A stretch of DNA of 64,000 bases from Candidatus Bathyarchaeia archaeon (GCA_050015395.1 JBEKBM010000005.1:57997-121996), one strand, 5' to 3'. Shown: positions 39,638 through 50,768, counted from the first letter of the stretch. The notes: generated by a model not told the origin, from the sequence alone. A program made the numbers and translations.

Positions 39638-40822
39638 TTAAATTTTCACGTTACAAACGTTCGCTATTGCTTTGATCTTCTTTATTATTTCTGAGCTAAC
39701 TTTTTTGTGGAGCACATACACCGATATGGCATAGCCGCTGTTTCCGATTTGCCTTGAGTAGTTTGCTCTAATGTTTATTTCGTTATCAGCTAAGACTTTG
39801 TCAATATTAGCGAAAACTCCTGGCACATCACGATGGTGGATAAACAAGGTGTAAACTGGTATTTCTTCTAGCTCTATGCTTTCACCTGCGTTTACTGCGT
39901 TGGCAAAGTCTCCACCTAAAAGATAACCTGAAATTAGACGTGCTATTTCGGTTGATGTTTCTCTTTGGGCTTCGATTGTTGATGCGCCAAGGTGACTGCT
40001 GGAAACCACGTTATCCAACTCTTTGAGTTTACTCTTGAATTCAGCGTCTTCACTTTTAGGTTCATCAGCGAAAACGTCTACTGCGGCGCCAGCGATTTTT
40101 CCTTCTTTTAATGCTTTGTATAGTGCTTGTTCGTCAACGTTGCTGCCTCTTGAAGTATTAATCAGATAAGCAGTTGGCTTCATTAAGGCGAGTTCTTTTT
40201 CACCGACAACCATGTCTTTTCCGCCTGTGTGAATGCTAACATAATCGGCTTTTGCTAGGACCTCTCGTTTTGTTACGAACTTTATGCCTGATTCAGGGCA
40301 TGGCTTTATGTCATAACCGATTACTTCCATGTCAAAGCCGCGGCGCGCAATTTCTGCCAGCCTTTGCCCGATTCTTCCGCAGCCCAAAATACCCAACGTT
40401 TTGTAAGACAACTCAGTTCCTTTGAACTTCCCTTTTTTCCAAACACCAGTTTTAAGTGAATAATGAGCTTGAGGAGTATTTCTTGAAATGCTTAGCATTA
40501 AACCGATGGTTAACTCTGCCACTGCGTTGGTGCTACCATAAGGGGCAGATTTTATAACTATGCCATTTTCTGAGGCGGCTTCAACATCTATGTTATCATA
40601 GCCTACTCCTGCTCTTCCAATGATTTTGAGTTTTCCTCTGGCGCCTGCTTCGATAACTTCCCTGGTTACTTTTGTGGTGCTTCGCACAATTAACGCGTCA
40701 AACTGTCCTACCTCGGCAATTAGCTTGTTTAAGTCTCTTTTTTGCGTGTCTGTCTCTATGCCGGCGTCTTGGAAGAGTTTTAATCCTTCTTTTTCTAAGC
40801 CATCGTTTAACAATACTTTCAT
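39638..40822 (-). CDS. serA: D-3-phosphoglycerate dehydrogenase with ACT domain
   Basis: RAGVGYDNID, GxGRIG, INTSRG, HLGASTxEAQ, C-terminal HRDVPGV ACT domain. Confidence 0.9.
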   Translation of the reverse strand: MKVLLNDGLEKEGLKLFQDAGIETDTQKRDLNKLIAEVGQFDALIVRSTTKVTREVIEAGARGKLKIIGRAGVGYDNIDVEAASENGIVIKSAPYGSTNAVAELTIGLMLSISRNTPQAHYSLKTGVWKKGKFKGTELSYKTLGILGCGRIGQRLAEIARRGFDMEVIGYDIKPCPESGIKFVTKREVLAKADYVSIHTGGKDMVVGEKELALMKPTAYLINTSRGSNVDEQALYKALKEGKIAGAAVDVFADEPKSEDAEFKSKLKELDNVVSSSHLGASTIEAQRETSTEIARLISGYLLGGDFANAVNAGESIELEEIPVYTLFIHHRDVPGVFANIDKVLADNEINIRANYSRQIGNSGYAISVYVLHKKVSSEIIKKIKAIANVCNVKI

Positions 40823-40932
40823 TCTAGCAAACTCCTTTTAGTGGTTATCAAGGTTGGAGATTTAAGTTGATTGGCAACCAAGAATATTAAATGTTCTGAA
40901 AAGCTGAAGATTTTGTCTTCCTTTTGGCATGC

Positions 40933-41217
40933 TTAAGCTTTGTTTTTTAGGGCGGCGGCTGTTTGTTTGCTGATTCTGGTGGATGCTATGTTAAAGGTTG
41001 ATACTTGGTGGCAGTAAGGGCAATGCAGTCGTCGTGTGTTTCCACGGTACAGGGAAATGAAGCTGGCTCCTGGAACCCAATGGTAGTTAAATTTTTTCTT
41101 GCATTTTGGGCATGTTAACCTTGATATGGTGTGTGGTCCATACCTTGGAAGCAATACGAAAAATGCTACAAAGATTACTGCTGTTATGGCAACGTAGATT
41201 AAGAGAAGGTCTACCAT
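40933..41217 (-). CDS. Membrane-anchored Zn-ribbon hypothetical protein
   Basis: N-terminal TM helix, CPKC...CPYC. Confidence 0.65.
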   Translation of the reverse strand: MVDLLLIYVAITAVIFVAFFVLLPRYGPHTISRLTCPKCKKKFNYHWVPGASFISLYRGNTRRLHCPYCHQVSTFNIASTRISKQTAAALKNKA

Positions 41218-41330
41218 AGCAATTTCAGCTTTCAAGAGGAGAATGTTAGCTTATTAATATTTAGGCTTAATTTTCGCTTTTAGAAGATTCTTGACCAAGT
41301 GATGTTTTAAAAAGATATTGAAGGCTTAGC

Positions 41331-42686
41331 CTAAGCCTTTTTGATGTAATTTAATGCTTCTTCTATGTTTTGGAAGCCGTATTTCACTTGGTTAAACCCT
41401 TTCTTTAACGATAACACGTCTTCCTTAACATGAGCGGGTTTACGTTTGCCCTTTATCACGTCAAGCATGAGGTCGCATAAGTGTTTAATATCGCCTTCCC
41501 TGAAGCCTCGTCTAGTTAAGTCTTGGAAGCCGATTCTTAATCCTGAAGGGTCTTCTTTGCTGCTTTGGTCATCGTAGGGCAAGAGGTTCTTGTTGAGGAT
41601 TATATTTGCGTCTTCGAGGTCTTGGGCAATCTTTTTGCCGCCGCCGAAGCTGCGAATATCAACCGCAATTTGGTGAGATTTAGTGAAGCCTTTTTTCTCT
41701 GCTAGAACTTTAACGTCGTTCTCATACAGGTATTGTCCAGCTGTCTGCGCGTTCTTTACTGTTTGTCTTGCTAGTTCAGCGCCGAAAAGCTTCATCTCCA
41801 AGGCGGCTATGCCAAGCGCTGGTAACCTGCCCAGATGGGTGTTTGAAGCGCTTAGTGGGAAAATGGCGAATTGGATTTTTTTCACTGCTTTCTCTAGCGC
41901 TGGACTGGTTGGGCTTCCCATGATGACGCCGCCTTGTGGGCCTGGGAAAGTTTTGTGGGTTGAAGAGGTTATGAAGTCTGCGCCCTCTCGTAAGGGGTCT
42001 TGGAATTCGCCGCCTGCAATTAAACCCAGAACATGAGACGCGTCGTAGGCTATGTATGCGCCTACTTCTTCGCAGACAGCTCTTAACTCTTGAATTGGAT
42101 GTGGGAACAGGAAGAGGCTGCCGCCGAAGGTGACTATGCCTGGTTTGGCGGCTCGTATGACGTAGGCTGACTTGTCTGGGTCAATATTGAATTCGTCTAC
42201 GTCGTAAACGTGATTTATGTTTTCTAAACCTAACACATTGCCAGCTAAGCCCGTGTAATCGTGTGAGATGTGTGCGCCGCAGCTCAGCGGGGTGACGACC
42301 ATTTTGTTGTTTTTTGAAGCTAATGATAAGCCTTTGAAAGTCGCTAGGTTCGCGTGGGTGCCTGAAACTAAGCGTACGTCTGCCCAGTCAGCTTTGAATA
42401 GGCTTTTCATTATGTCCGTTACGTAGTCTTCGATTTGAGACATGTATTTTTGTCCTTGATAATACCGTTTTTTAACGTGCCCTTGAAGGTCGTTTTCGCC
42501 TTCAGCATATCTGCATGCGAGGTCATGTGAGAGGTTGAGCATTTGGTTGACTGCTGGCGATTTTAGTCCCTCGCTTGCAATCATGTTTATGCATTCTTTG
42601 TCTCGGTATTGCTCATGTTTGCGGCTTGCTTCGATTAGGTCTAGGACAAGGTTTGAGAAGTTTTCCATTTTTGTGTTCTTCCCCAC
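41331..42686 (-). CDS. glyA: Serine hydroxymethyltransferase (archaeal type)
   Basis: INMIASE, RYAEG, YDASH, PLP site STHKTFPGPQGG, PSGLRIG. Confidence 0.97.
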   Translation of the reverse strand: MGKNTKMENFSNLVLDLIEASRKHEQYRDKECINMIASEGLKSPAVNQMLNLSHDLACRYAEGENDLQGHVKKRYYQGQKYMSQIEDYVTDIMKSLFKADWADVRLVSGTHANLATFKGLSLASKNNKMVVTPLSCGAHISHDYTGLAGNVLGLENINHVYDVDEFNIDPDKSAYVIRAAKPGIVTFGGSLFLFPHPIQELRAVCEEVGAYIAYDASHVLGLIAGGEFQDPLREGADFITSSTHKTFPGPQGGVIMGSPTSPALEKAVKKIQFAIFPLSASNTHLGRLPALGIAALEMKLFGAELARQTVKNAQTAGQYLYENDVKVLAEKKGFTKSHQIAVDIRSFGGGKKIAQDLEDANIILNKNLLPYDDQSSKEDPSGLRIGFQDLTRRGFREGDIKHLCDLMLDVIKGKRKPAHVKEDVLSLKKGFNQVKYGFQNIEEALNYIKKA

Positions 42687-42806
42687 GCTTAAGTCATCAA
42701 CGGAATTAGGCTTTGCAGTATTTAGCCGTTACTGGAAGCAAGTCAAGGTTCAAGGGTTGAATGATGGCGGTATAGGCGGCAAGCAATTTAATTTTATTAG
42801 TGCTAA

Positions 42807-43625
42807 TTAAGACTGCGCCATTTTTTCTTCCGTTTGGTTTGGTGCTTGGGTTATTTTTGCTATGGGTACTGCGCCTGATAGGACGCTGTTGTTTAGGAAG
42901 GTTATTTCTTTTCCAGAATCCAAATGGACAACCGTCTGTAATGGCGTTATTTCTTTGACTATGCCTTGCTCGTTCATGTATGAGGTGATGACTCGGTCAC
43001 CTACAGCGTAGTGTAATCTGCCTTCCTTTAATGGTTCTTCATATTTGCGAACGGCGGTTATGATTATTCCTCCTGAAGCAATTGCGCTGTTTGGAATGCT
43101 GATTTGTCCCACATCAGTTTGTATTCTCATAACGAGCGCGGTCATTTCTGTGACTTTTCCAGGGATACTGTTGACCATGACGTTGTCACCTACTTTAAAC
43201 TGGTAAGTAGTGAAAACTAACGCGCCTGATAAGAGGCTGCCAACAAATGTGGATATGACAAGACCGGCGGTAATTGAGATTATTCCTGCACCGGTTAGAA
43301 GATCTGTTGCAGAAACTTCTAGAATGTTTAGGATTCCGAAGGTCATTATTAGTATTGCTATTGCAAGCAGTGCGTACTGTAGCATTGTTGCGGCTTGGTT
43401 TCCTATTCGCTGAGTCATGAGCGGTTTAGAACGTCGTATAATTATTATTGCCGCTAACCAAAAACCTACACTGATGATTATGCTTACGGCTTGCTCAATT
43501 AGCTTGGATAAGCTTATGGGTTCAGCAATGAACAGGTGAAAAACGTAAAGAGTACCTATGCTTAAGATCCCTATGATTATTAAGTAAAAGACGAGTCTTT
43601 TTAATGAGTGAATAACGTGAGCCAT
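42807..43625 (-). CDS. MscS-family mechanosensitive channel protein
   Basis: TM helices, FKVGDNV...G.V..M...IPNS; duplicated beta domain at the C-terminus. Confidence 0.85.
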   Translation of the reverse strand: MAHVIHSLKRLVFYLIIIGILSIGTLYVFHLFIAEPISLSKLIEQAVSIIISVGFWLAAIIIIRRSKPLMTQRIGNQAATMLQYALLAIAILIMTFGILNILEVSATDLLTGAGIISITAGLVISTFVGSLLSGALVFTTYQFKVGDNVMVNSIPGKVTEMTALVMRIQTDVGQISIPNSAIASGGIIITAVRKYEEPLKEGRLHYAVGDRVITSYMNEQGIVKEITPLQTVVHLDSGKEITFLNNSVLSGAVPIAKITQAPNQTEEKMAQS

Positions 43626-43928
43626 GTTAGTCCTTCATAGCCATAATTTGCAAGCATATTTCTATAGTTTTCTCAATAAAAGATATGTCGCTGTCTTTAA
43701 AGAGGGGTTGCTTTCATAAAGCTTCATGAAGATAAGACTAACCCGACGAACATGCACGTACTATCGCCTGGTGGACTAATAGCTCTCTTGCTCGCATCCG
43801 ACAGAACACACATGCGTGCGGGAAAATGAGTCGATATCTCTATTTTTTTAAACCGTTTAGATATTGCCGTGCGTGCCGTTTATATCCGACTTCAATGTGC
43901 AGTGGATATTCGAGAAGGATAAGAACAA

Positions 43929-45740
43929 GTGAAGTCACCCAGTGCCTCTCGCGAGCTTGGTTATCTTAGAAAATGGGTTCCGATCGCTCTTTTGATAGGT
44001 ACGATCTGCGGATTAGGAAGTATTGTTTTCTATGAAGCAATTAGACTTGTAAGCACGGTTCTGCTCGGCGATGTTGCTGGTTTTTTTGCTCCTTCGCCAG
44101 TCGGAGAAGGCGGAAGCTTGGGATTAGTCTCATCCCGTCTTTGGTTGATTCCGTTGGTAACTACTGTTGGAGGACTTTGCAGTGGTATACTCGTTTATGG
44201 CTTTGCGCCAGAAGCCGAGGGTCATGGAACTGACGCGGCAATAGATGCTTTTCACAATAAAGATGGTCAGATTCGATCCAGAACACCTTTGGTTAAGCTT
44301 GCAGCCTCAGCAATAACGATCGGCTCAGGAGGAAGTGCAGGCAGGGAAGGCCCGACAGCGCAGATAGGGGCAGGCTTCGGTTCCTTCCTGAGCAGGAGAC
44401 TTCATCTCAGCTCAAAAGACAGAAGAATCGCAGTTGCAGTCGGCATAGGTGCAGGAATTGGCTCCATCTTCAAGGCGCCGTTTGGAGGGGCCATACTGAG
44501 CGCTGAGATTCTTTACATGGGAGACTTTGAGGTGGAGACGTTGCTGCCAGCTTTCATAGCTTCGACCGTGGGATATAGTATATTCGCGTCATATGCAGGA
44601 TGGACGCCTATATTTGGCTACATGAAGCTAGGTGCTTTCAATGACCCGCTTTATCTGCCCTTTTACGCTGTCTTGGGTATAGTTTGCGGTTTAGTGGGCA
44701 TCGTGTACGTTAAAGGGTTCTACGGCACGCGTGCTCTTTTTCAGCGTCTAGGGATGCCGCGTTTCTTGAAGCCGGCTCTGGGCGGATTTTTAGTTGGTAT
44801 TATTGGAATGTTTCTTCCGCAAGTGCTGGGCATGGGGTATGGTTGGCTTCAGATAGCGATGAGCGGCAACTTTGTCTTACTCCCTATCATTTTGATTCCA
44901 ATAATCATTGTAGCCAAAATAGTTGCGACGTCTCTTACAGTTGGTTCAGGAGGAAGCGGAGGAGTCTTCGCACCAGCTCTAGTGATAGGCGGCTTGCTAG
45001 GCGCATCACTCTGGATATTTCTAAACGGGCTCTTGCCAAACTTCGGTCCTGTCATTGCAGCATTTGTTATAGTGGGGATGATGGCGTTTTTCGGAGGCGT
45101 GGGCAAGGTGCCTATTGCAGTCATACTTATGGTTAGCGAAATGACTGGAGGATTAACTCTGCTGGTTCCCTCAATGATAGCCACTACCCTCGCATATGTA
45201 ATCACAGGAAAGTATACGATCTATAGAAGCCAAGTTCAATCAAGAGCTGATTCGCCTGCCCACAGAAGTGAATACTCTACTCCTCTAATGCAGAAGCTCT
45301 TTGTCAAAGACGCAATGACCAAAAAGGTCACTACAACTGCCCTCAACTCACCGCTTTCAGAGGTCGCTGAGATAATGGCAAAGAACACAATAAAAGGTAT
45401 GCCAGTCTTGGATGATAACGGCAAACTTGTTGGTATGGTCACACTTACGGATGTTCTTAAAGTTAATCCAGAGCAGAGAGCTACGACCATGGTGAGCTCC
45501 GTAATGACGAAAGAGCTGATCACAACGATTCCTGATGAAAGTCTTTATACTGCTTTTGGCAAGATGACGAGTAACCAAATCGGACGCCTGCCAGTTGTTG
45601 AGCCAGGGGACAGCACGAAGCTGATAGGAATAATCACGCGAGAAGACGTCTGGCGAGTCTACAACATAGAAATTATGTCAAAACTGGAAGAGACTAAACT
45701 TTCAGGAAGCGTCAAAGAAAATAGCGAAACAAAGTTCTGA
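43929..45740 (+). CDS. ClC chloride channel/antiporter with CBS pair
   Basis: GGSAGREGP, FKAPFGG, GGVFAP, C-terminal CBS domains. Confidence 0.95.
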   Translation: MKSPSASRELGYLRKWVPIALLIGTICGLGSIVFYEAIRLVSTVLLGDVAGFFAPSPVGEGGSLGLVSSRLWLIPLVTTVGGLCSGILVYGFAPEAEGHGTDAAIDAFHNKDGQIRSRTPLVKLAASAITIGSGGSAGREGPTAQIGAGFGSFLSRRLHLSSKDRRIAVAVGIGAGIGSIFKAPFGGAILSAEILYMGDFEVETLLPAFIASTVGYSIFASYAGWTPIFGYMKLGAFNDPLYLPFYAVLGIVCGLVGIVYVKGFYGTRALFQRLGMPRFLKPALGGFLVGIIGMFLPQVLGMGYGWLQIAMSGNFVLLPIILIPIIIVAKIVATSLTVGSGGSGGVFAPALVIGGLLGASLWIFLNGLLPNFGPVIAAFVIVGMMAFFGGVGKVPIAVILMVSEMTGGLTLLVPSMIATTLAYVITGKYTIYRSQVQSRADSPAHRSEYSTPLMQKLFVKDAMTKKVTTTALNSPLSEVAEIMAKNTIKGMPVLDDNGKLVGMVTLTDVLKVNPEQRATTMVSSVMTKELITTIPDESLYTAFGKMTSNQIGRLPVVEPGDSTKLIGIITREDVWRVYNIEIMSKLEETKLSGSVKENSETKF

Positions 45741-45817
45741 ACAGAAGAATGCGCGCACATGGCTGTCCCAAAATTAGCAGTTGTCAAAAATGGTGCTAAA
45801 TTCTTATTTTGCCCTTT

Positions 45818-48370
45818 CTACAGATGATAGGCATGGATCTCTTCATTTTTAGAGCTGGAAGATTTTTTTAGATTTTTGAAAAAGGATTGTTTAATATGAG
45901 AAAATATAGATGAAGCAACGTAAGGTTGTTGTCTGTTTGATATTGCTTCTTCGTGCCCCATTAATTTGAAGTAGTGGATCTTTAGCTGGTCGGTTATTAG
46001 GAAACTGAGCAATGCATAACCCCAGACGAAGGCGGCGAATCCCCACCCAATCGGATTCATAAATACACCGAAGACAGCGAACAATGTGCCAACAACTTGA
46101 GTCCCCTCTGTGGCTACAAAGAGAATACTGGCTGGGAGTGGGCGTTTCCAGAAGTGGTTCACTCCAGTGCGCGCCAAATAAATAGTCAGGTGCCCAGCAA
46201 CAGCCATTTTTAGGAAAATCAGCGTCTGCAGCGTACTAACGCTTAAGTGGAATACGTATAAGCCAATCATTAAGAGCCCGAAGCTTGAAACGACACCTGT
46301 TGTGCCAAGCAGAGAAGCCACGATCAATACGCCTCGCATGTTCCAGCGAACGGGTTTCTCTTGCACCCTCACATTATCGTATGCAATGGTCATGATAGGC
46401 ATGTCATTAAGCAATGCCAAAATGACTATCATAACTGCCGTCACCGGATAGAAGTTAAAAACAAGAATTGCAAGACTAATGAAAATCAGTACTCGAGAAG
46501 TCTCGGCGATGCGGTAGACGGCGTAATTGGTCATGCGTTCAAAAATCTTGCGGCTCTCTTTTATCGCGTCGATGATGACTGAAAGCCCCGGCTTGGTTAG
46601 CACCACGTCCGCTGCGGATTTAGCCGCGTCAGTGGCTCCGTCAACGGCAACCCCTGCATCCGCTTTCTTTAATGCAGGAGCATCGTTAACTCCGTCGCCT
46701 GTCATGCCGACAATGTGTCCTTTTCCCTGAAGTAACTCAACTATGCGGTATTTGTGCTCAGGAAAAACTTGGGCAAAACCATCCGCATTTTCAATAATGT
46801 CTTTTGCTTCGCTGTCTGGTTTGTCTATGAAATCGGAAGCGGGTATTATGTTTGTGCCCAGATTAACTTCTTGGGCAATCTGCTTGGCTATTGCAATGTG
46901 GTCGCCAGTGACCATCTTGACGTTTATGCCCATCTGCTGGGCTGTTTTTATTGTCTCGGCAGAGTCTTCGCGGGGCGGGTCGTAAATTGCAAGAAGCCCA
47001 ACAAATTGCCAGTTGCCCTCTTCGTCTCCCTTAATTACGCCTAACGCTCGATGACCCTTGATTGCGAAAGTGTTTACAACTTCGTTAACTCTATCTTCGA
47101 TTTCTGTCTTATTGGAAACAAGAGACAAAACAACTTGCGGCGCACCCTTGGCCACTCTGAAGCGCCCACCATCACGGCTCTCCACCGTGGCTTCCGTCCT
47201 CTTCAAAACAGGGTCAAACGGCTTAAAATCAACCACGTTGTATCGACCAAGAACATCTGTAACTGCGCTGACCGACCTGGCTTTAGCGATGACAGCATCA
47301 TCAATGGGATCATGGTTTTCTTCCCTAGACGCCAATGTTCCATACAAGAGCGCATCATCAATTTCGAATTTGTCAAAGGCTTGCGCTTCTGCAACAGTAA
47401 GTTCATTCTTCGTTATGGTACCTGTTTTATCCGAGCATAACACGTCAACTCCAGCCATTTCTTCAATTGAAACTAGCTTGCTCACGATAGCTTCTTTTTT
47501 GGCGAGGACGATTGCTCCAACAGCCATTGTGACTGTCAAAACGGCAGGCAAAGCTACAGGTATCGAAGCTACAACCAAAACCAGTGCAAACTGCATAATA
47601 ACTAATGGGTTGACATGTCGAAAAAGCGATGCGATGACAACTGCGGAAACCATTATTGCCGCGAGGATGATCAGGTAGTTTCCTATTCTTATGACTGCTT
47701 TTTGGAAGTGGCTTACGGTTCTGGCTTCTGCCACCAGTTTGGCGGTTTTGCCAAAGAAGCTGCTTATTCCTGTTGCCACGACGTAAGCGTCCATTTCGCC
47801 TTGCCTAATGATAGCTCCCGCATAAGCTATGTCAGAAACGTGTTTCTCTACTGGCAGGGATTCTCCTGTTAACGCGGATTCATCCGCGAGCAAGTAGGTG
47901 CCTTTTATAAGTTTAACATCAGCAGGGACAATGTCGCCCAAGCGGACCCGGACGATGTCCCCAGGGACAAGTTCCTTTGAAGGTATCTCATGCCATGTTC
48001 CGTCTCTTAGCACTCGGGCTTTAGGGGCAAGCCGTTTTTTCAATAATTCTATGGCGTTGTCAGCTTTCCGTTCTTGCCAAAATCCCACCACAGCGTTTAC
48101 AATTAGCAACGTGAAAATAATCGCAAAATCGTCATAGTGCTGTATAATTATTGACAGTACTGAGGCAATTTCTATCATCCAGGGAATGGGTCCCCAGAAA
48201 TAGCCCAAAAACTTGCGAAAAGAACTAGCTTTCTTTTCAGGAATTTCGTTAGGACCATACTGTTGAAGCTTTTTCGCTACTTCTTCCGTGGATAGTCCAG
48301 TCTTAACGTAGATTGAATATGCAGTTTCTTGTTCAGACGGGTTTTTTGACTCTTCGGATTTCACTGACAA
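45818..48370 (-). CDS. Plasma-membrane proton-efflux P-type ATPase (P3A)
   Basis: FWGPIPWMIE, TGESLP, IPVALP, CSDKTGT, KGAP, DPPR, TGDGVNDAP, ALLND. Confidence 0.95.
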   Translation of the reverse strand: MSVKSEESKNPSEQETAYSIYVKTGLSTEEVAKKLQQYGPNEIPEKKASSFRKFLGYFWGPIPWMIEIASVLSIIIQHYDDFAIIFTLLIVNAVVGFWQERKADNAIELLKKRLAPKARVLRDGTWHEIPSKELVPGDIVRVRLGDIVPADVKLIKGTYLLADESALTGESLPVEKHVSDIAYAGAIIRQGEMDAYVVATGISSFFGKTAKLVAEARTVSHFQKAVIRIGNYLIILAAIMVSAVVIASLFRHVNPLVIMQFALVLVVASIPVALPAVLTVTMAVGAIVLAKKEAIVSKLVSIEEMAGVDVLCSDKTGTITKNELTVAEAQAFDKFEIDDALLYGTLASREENHDPIDDAVIAKARSVSAVTDVLGRYNVVDFKPFDPVLKRTEATVESRDGGRFRVAKGAPQVVLSLVSNKTEIEDRVNEVVNTFAIKGHRALGVIKGDEEGNWQFVGLLAIYDPPREDSAETIKTAQQMGINVKMVTGDHIAIAKQIAQEVNLGTNIIPASDFIDKPDSEAKDIIENADGFAQVFPEHKYRIVELLQGKGHIVGMTGDGVNDAPALKKADAGVAVDGATDAAKSAADVVLTKPGLSVIIDAIKESRKIFERMTNYAVYRIAETSRVLIFISLAILVFNFYPVTAVMIVILALLNDMPIMTIAYDNVRVQEKPVRWNMRGVLIVASLLGTTGVVSSFGLLMIGLYVFHLSVSTLQTLIFLKMAVAGHLTIYLARTGVNHFWKRPLPASILFVATEGTQVVGTLFAVFGVFMNPIGWGFAAFVWGYALLSFLITDQLKIHYFKLMGHEEAISNRQQPYVASSIFSHIKQSFFKNLKKSSSSKNEEIHAYHL

Positions 48371-48586
48371 GCCTTCTGTTCTACTAACCGAATAGATGGT
48401 ATATTTACAGAATAGACAAAATTCATGACACTACTGCTTTTTAATGTTTCCAAGCTTATGATACTTTTGTCTTAACTCAGATGACCCTTAACGATTTTTA
48501 AAGTAGTTTGATTGACGTAGGATGAGAAGGTAAGTATAAAGTCTTCAATGTCAATCTGTTAGCATGCTTAATAGGTAGGACATACG

Positions 48587-48763
48587 ATGCCTAAAACAAT
48601 CACAGTTCTAGAAGTTGACGACCCCCATTTTACAATTAGACTCTCAAATAATCTGCTCAAAATAGACTTGAGGGGAAGTTTCAAGAATGAAATCGAAGAA
48701 GCACTTGAAAAAATGCAAGTCCTAACCGTTAGAGAGGCAACAGGTAAATTTAGCTTGGGTTAA
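48587..48763 (+). pseudogene. Probable truncated hypothetical gene
   Basis: Short ORF MPKTITVLEVDDPHF... with an SD-like AGGA upstream; ends abruptly. Confidence 0.35.
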
Positions 48764-48810
48764 TTTTGGTACAAAAAAGGGAGAGGAGAGAAAAAGGAAC
48801 TCTTTCTGGT

Positions 48811-49197
48811 TTAACCTACGACCTGCGTTATTTCTTTGACGATTCCTCTTTCTACGTGCTGAGTCCACAGCATTTCTGGCACGTCAACAGCGAGAAACAG
48901 CCAAGACAGCAAGATAGCTTCAACCGCTGCCACTGCTATGTTCTGGATCCATTTGCCTACGCCTATGTGGATTGAGAAATCATTCGGCTGCCCCGTTATC
49001 AGGATGCTGAACGCCCTGTCCGCAGTGATTATGTCCCGTAAAATCCCGGCTTTTTTCGCTTGTATGACTATTCCTAAAGGTGCGGTGGCTGACTGTGTTT
49101 TGTAGCCTTGAGTTGATAGTTGCTGAACAATCTGCTGTGACAGTTGGTTTAGGTCCTTATTTTTTCCTTGAAAACGCATTACTTTTTCAGATACCAT
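48811..49197 (-). CDS. Hypothetical protein
   Basis: Coherent 128-aa ORF with GAGG upstream and a hydrophobic C-terminal segment. Confidence 0.7.
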   Translation of the reverse strand: MVSEKVMRFQGKNKDLNQLSQQIVQQLSTQGYKTQSATAPLGIVIQAKKAGILRDIITADRAFSILITGQPNDFSIHIGVGKWIQNIAVAAVEAILLSWLFLAVDVPEMLWTQHVERGIVKEITQVVG

Positions 49198-49317
49198 TTT
49201 AAAAAACCTCAACATTCAGTAGAGGTAAGCGACTAATTAATGTTTTTCAGAATTAGACCCGCTCTTACTACTCTCAGAAGCAGGAAAGCCCTTAATCAAC
49301 ACAAGCAAGAAATAATC

Positions 49318-49432
49318 AGTGGTAACGAACATTTTCGACCCAGGCTTCACCCTCAAAGAAAATGACGCGCTGCTCGTTCTAGGCGGCATTGAGAAATTTC
49401 AAAGTATCGAGAAAGAAGCAAAGGCCCTTTGA
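49318..49432 (+). pseudogene. TrkA-C (RCK-C) domain remnant
   Basis: Translates ...VVTNIFDPGFTLKENDALLVLGGIEKFQSIEKEAKAL*; no start codon. Confidence 0.55.
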
Positions 49433-49497
49433 AAATACTCAGCCCTCCCGCAAAATGGTCTTATTGTCAGGTAATTGTTGACGCGACGGGTTTAGGG

Positions 49498-49926
49498 TTA
49501 TTTCAACTCAGAGATCCGTTTCTGCACTATTTTGAGTAATTGATTTCTTAGCTCTTCTCCAGAAAGGTTGGCTTGTATGAAGCACATGCGGTTGGCCAAT
49601 TCCTTATCTCCAAGTGTGTCTTGTATCCACTTTTGGAAGTCTCCACGGGGATAGTGAAAGAGAATTGAGTCAGCGTCGATGGTTTCCCGCTTCAAAGCAA
49701 AGTCAGGTAAGCTAACGGCTGTTATGCCTGTGTAAACTCTCTTTTCTGTTGAAAAATGGAATCCTGTTTCATAGGGCACATTTCTGAGGATACTTTCGCG
49801 ATTCGGCTTCTCGGTTGGGAGTTCCTTTTCAGACAAAACTGTTTTTGTCGTTGAAAATTCACCAGTTTTTGTAAGAAGTTGTTGAGAGTACTTTATAGTT
49901 TCTTGTGATTGTATAGGTGCAGTCAC
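49498..49926 (-). CDS. DUF5752-like protein
   Basis: GFHF...YTG.TA.SL.DF...SILFH..RGDFQKWI..TLGD.ELA. Confidence 0.8.
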   Translation of the reverse strand: MTAPIQSQETIKYSQQLLTKTGEFSTTKTVLSEKELPTEKPNRESILRNVPYETGFHFSTEKRVYTGITAVSLPDFALKRETIDADSILFHYPRGDFQKWIQDTLGDKELANRMCFIQANLSGEELRNQLLKIVQKRISELK

Positions 49927-50645
49927 AACTTATGTAATGCAATTAGCTTTTTTGAAATCTTCGAAAAAGTGGATAAGGAAAGGGACTATGATTGTTTGTG
50001 AACACAAACCTTGTGGATGGTAACAGAATTTACTGCAACCTCATTACGTTCACATATGGCATCAAATGGACTGACACCAACCTTAAAAGAAGCGAAAACA
50101 ATGAAGATGTGGGAATATGTTTGGTCGTAGAGGAAAGACAGAAGAAACCTAAACTTCCAAAGAAGCGACTCAGTAAAATCTTGAAAAAGACAGGTCGCTC
50201 TTGAAACACCTTAAGTAATAAAATTCAAAGCAAACTTTCACTCGCTTCTATAGAAAGCTTCTTTGATTCCGCCAATTTTAACGCAAATACTGCCAAATAT
50301 GCTTATCGAAAAAGTCCATACAAGAAATATGAAAAGGCTGATTTAAAACCAGTTTAACCATTTTAGAAACACCCACGCAGCACGCTTATTATAAAGTTGA
50401 TAGCAAATTAAGTTCGATTTAAGAAGTAATTAGTGAGATTGAGCTATTAGCGGCGGCTTCGAATTGCGCTTGCCCGGGTTTGAACCGCCCAAAGGCTCTC
50501 ATATCCATTAATCGGTGAGGATTCAAACAATACGTGGGTTCTATATCCTATGCCCTGTCTGTTTGAACGTTCAGCAAATACTGGATTTTGTTCTTCTTTT
50601 AACGTTAGCAACAATTATATGGAATGTTCTGAGATTCTCTACATA

Positions 50646-50768
50646 ATGTCTGCTCCTAATTGTCCTTGCCCAAAAAAAGATTGCCCACGCCATAGCAACT
50701 GTGAAGAATGCGTAAAGCATCACAAAGCGAAAAATGAATGGCCGTTTTGCGCAAGAGAAGAAACTTGA
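50646..50768 (+). CDS. Small Cys/His-rich protein (DUF6485-like)
   Basis: CPCPKKDCPRHSNCEECVKHH...PFC. Confidence 0.65.
   Translation: MSAPNCPCPKKDCPRHSNCEECVKHHKAKNEWPFCAREET

Noticed and set aside
43700-43928. Fluoride riboswitch upstream of the ClC gene
   Set aside because: The consensus GGCGATGG...TTCGCC...CTGATG is absent, and the ClC lacks fluoride-type GNNLI/GREGT motifs.
50449-50495. tRNA-like T-loop (GGTTCAAACCC on the minus strand)
   Set aside because: The T-stem pairs only 3 bp, and no acceptor, D or anticodon arm can be built.
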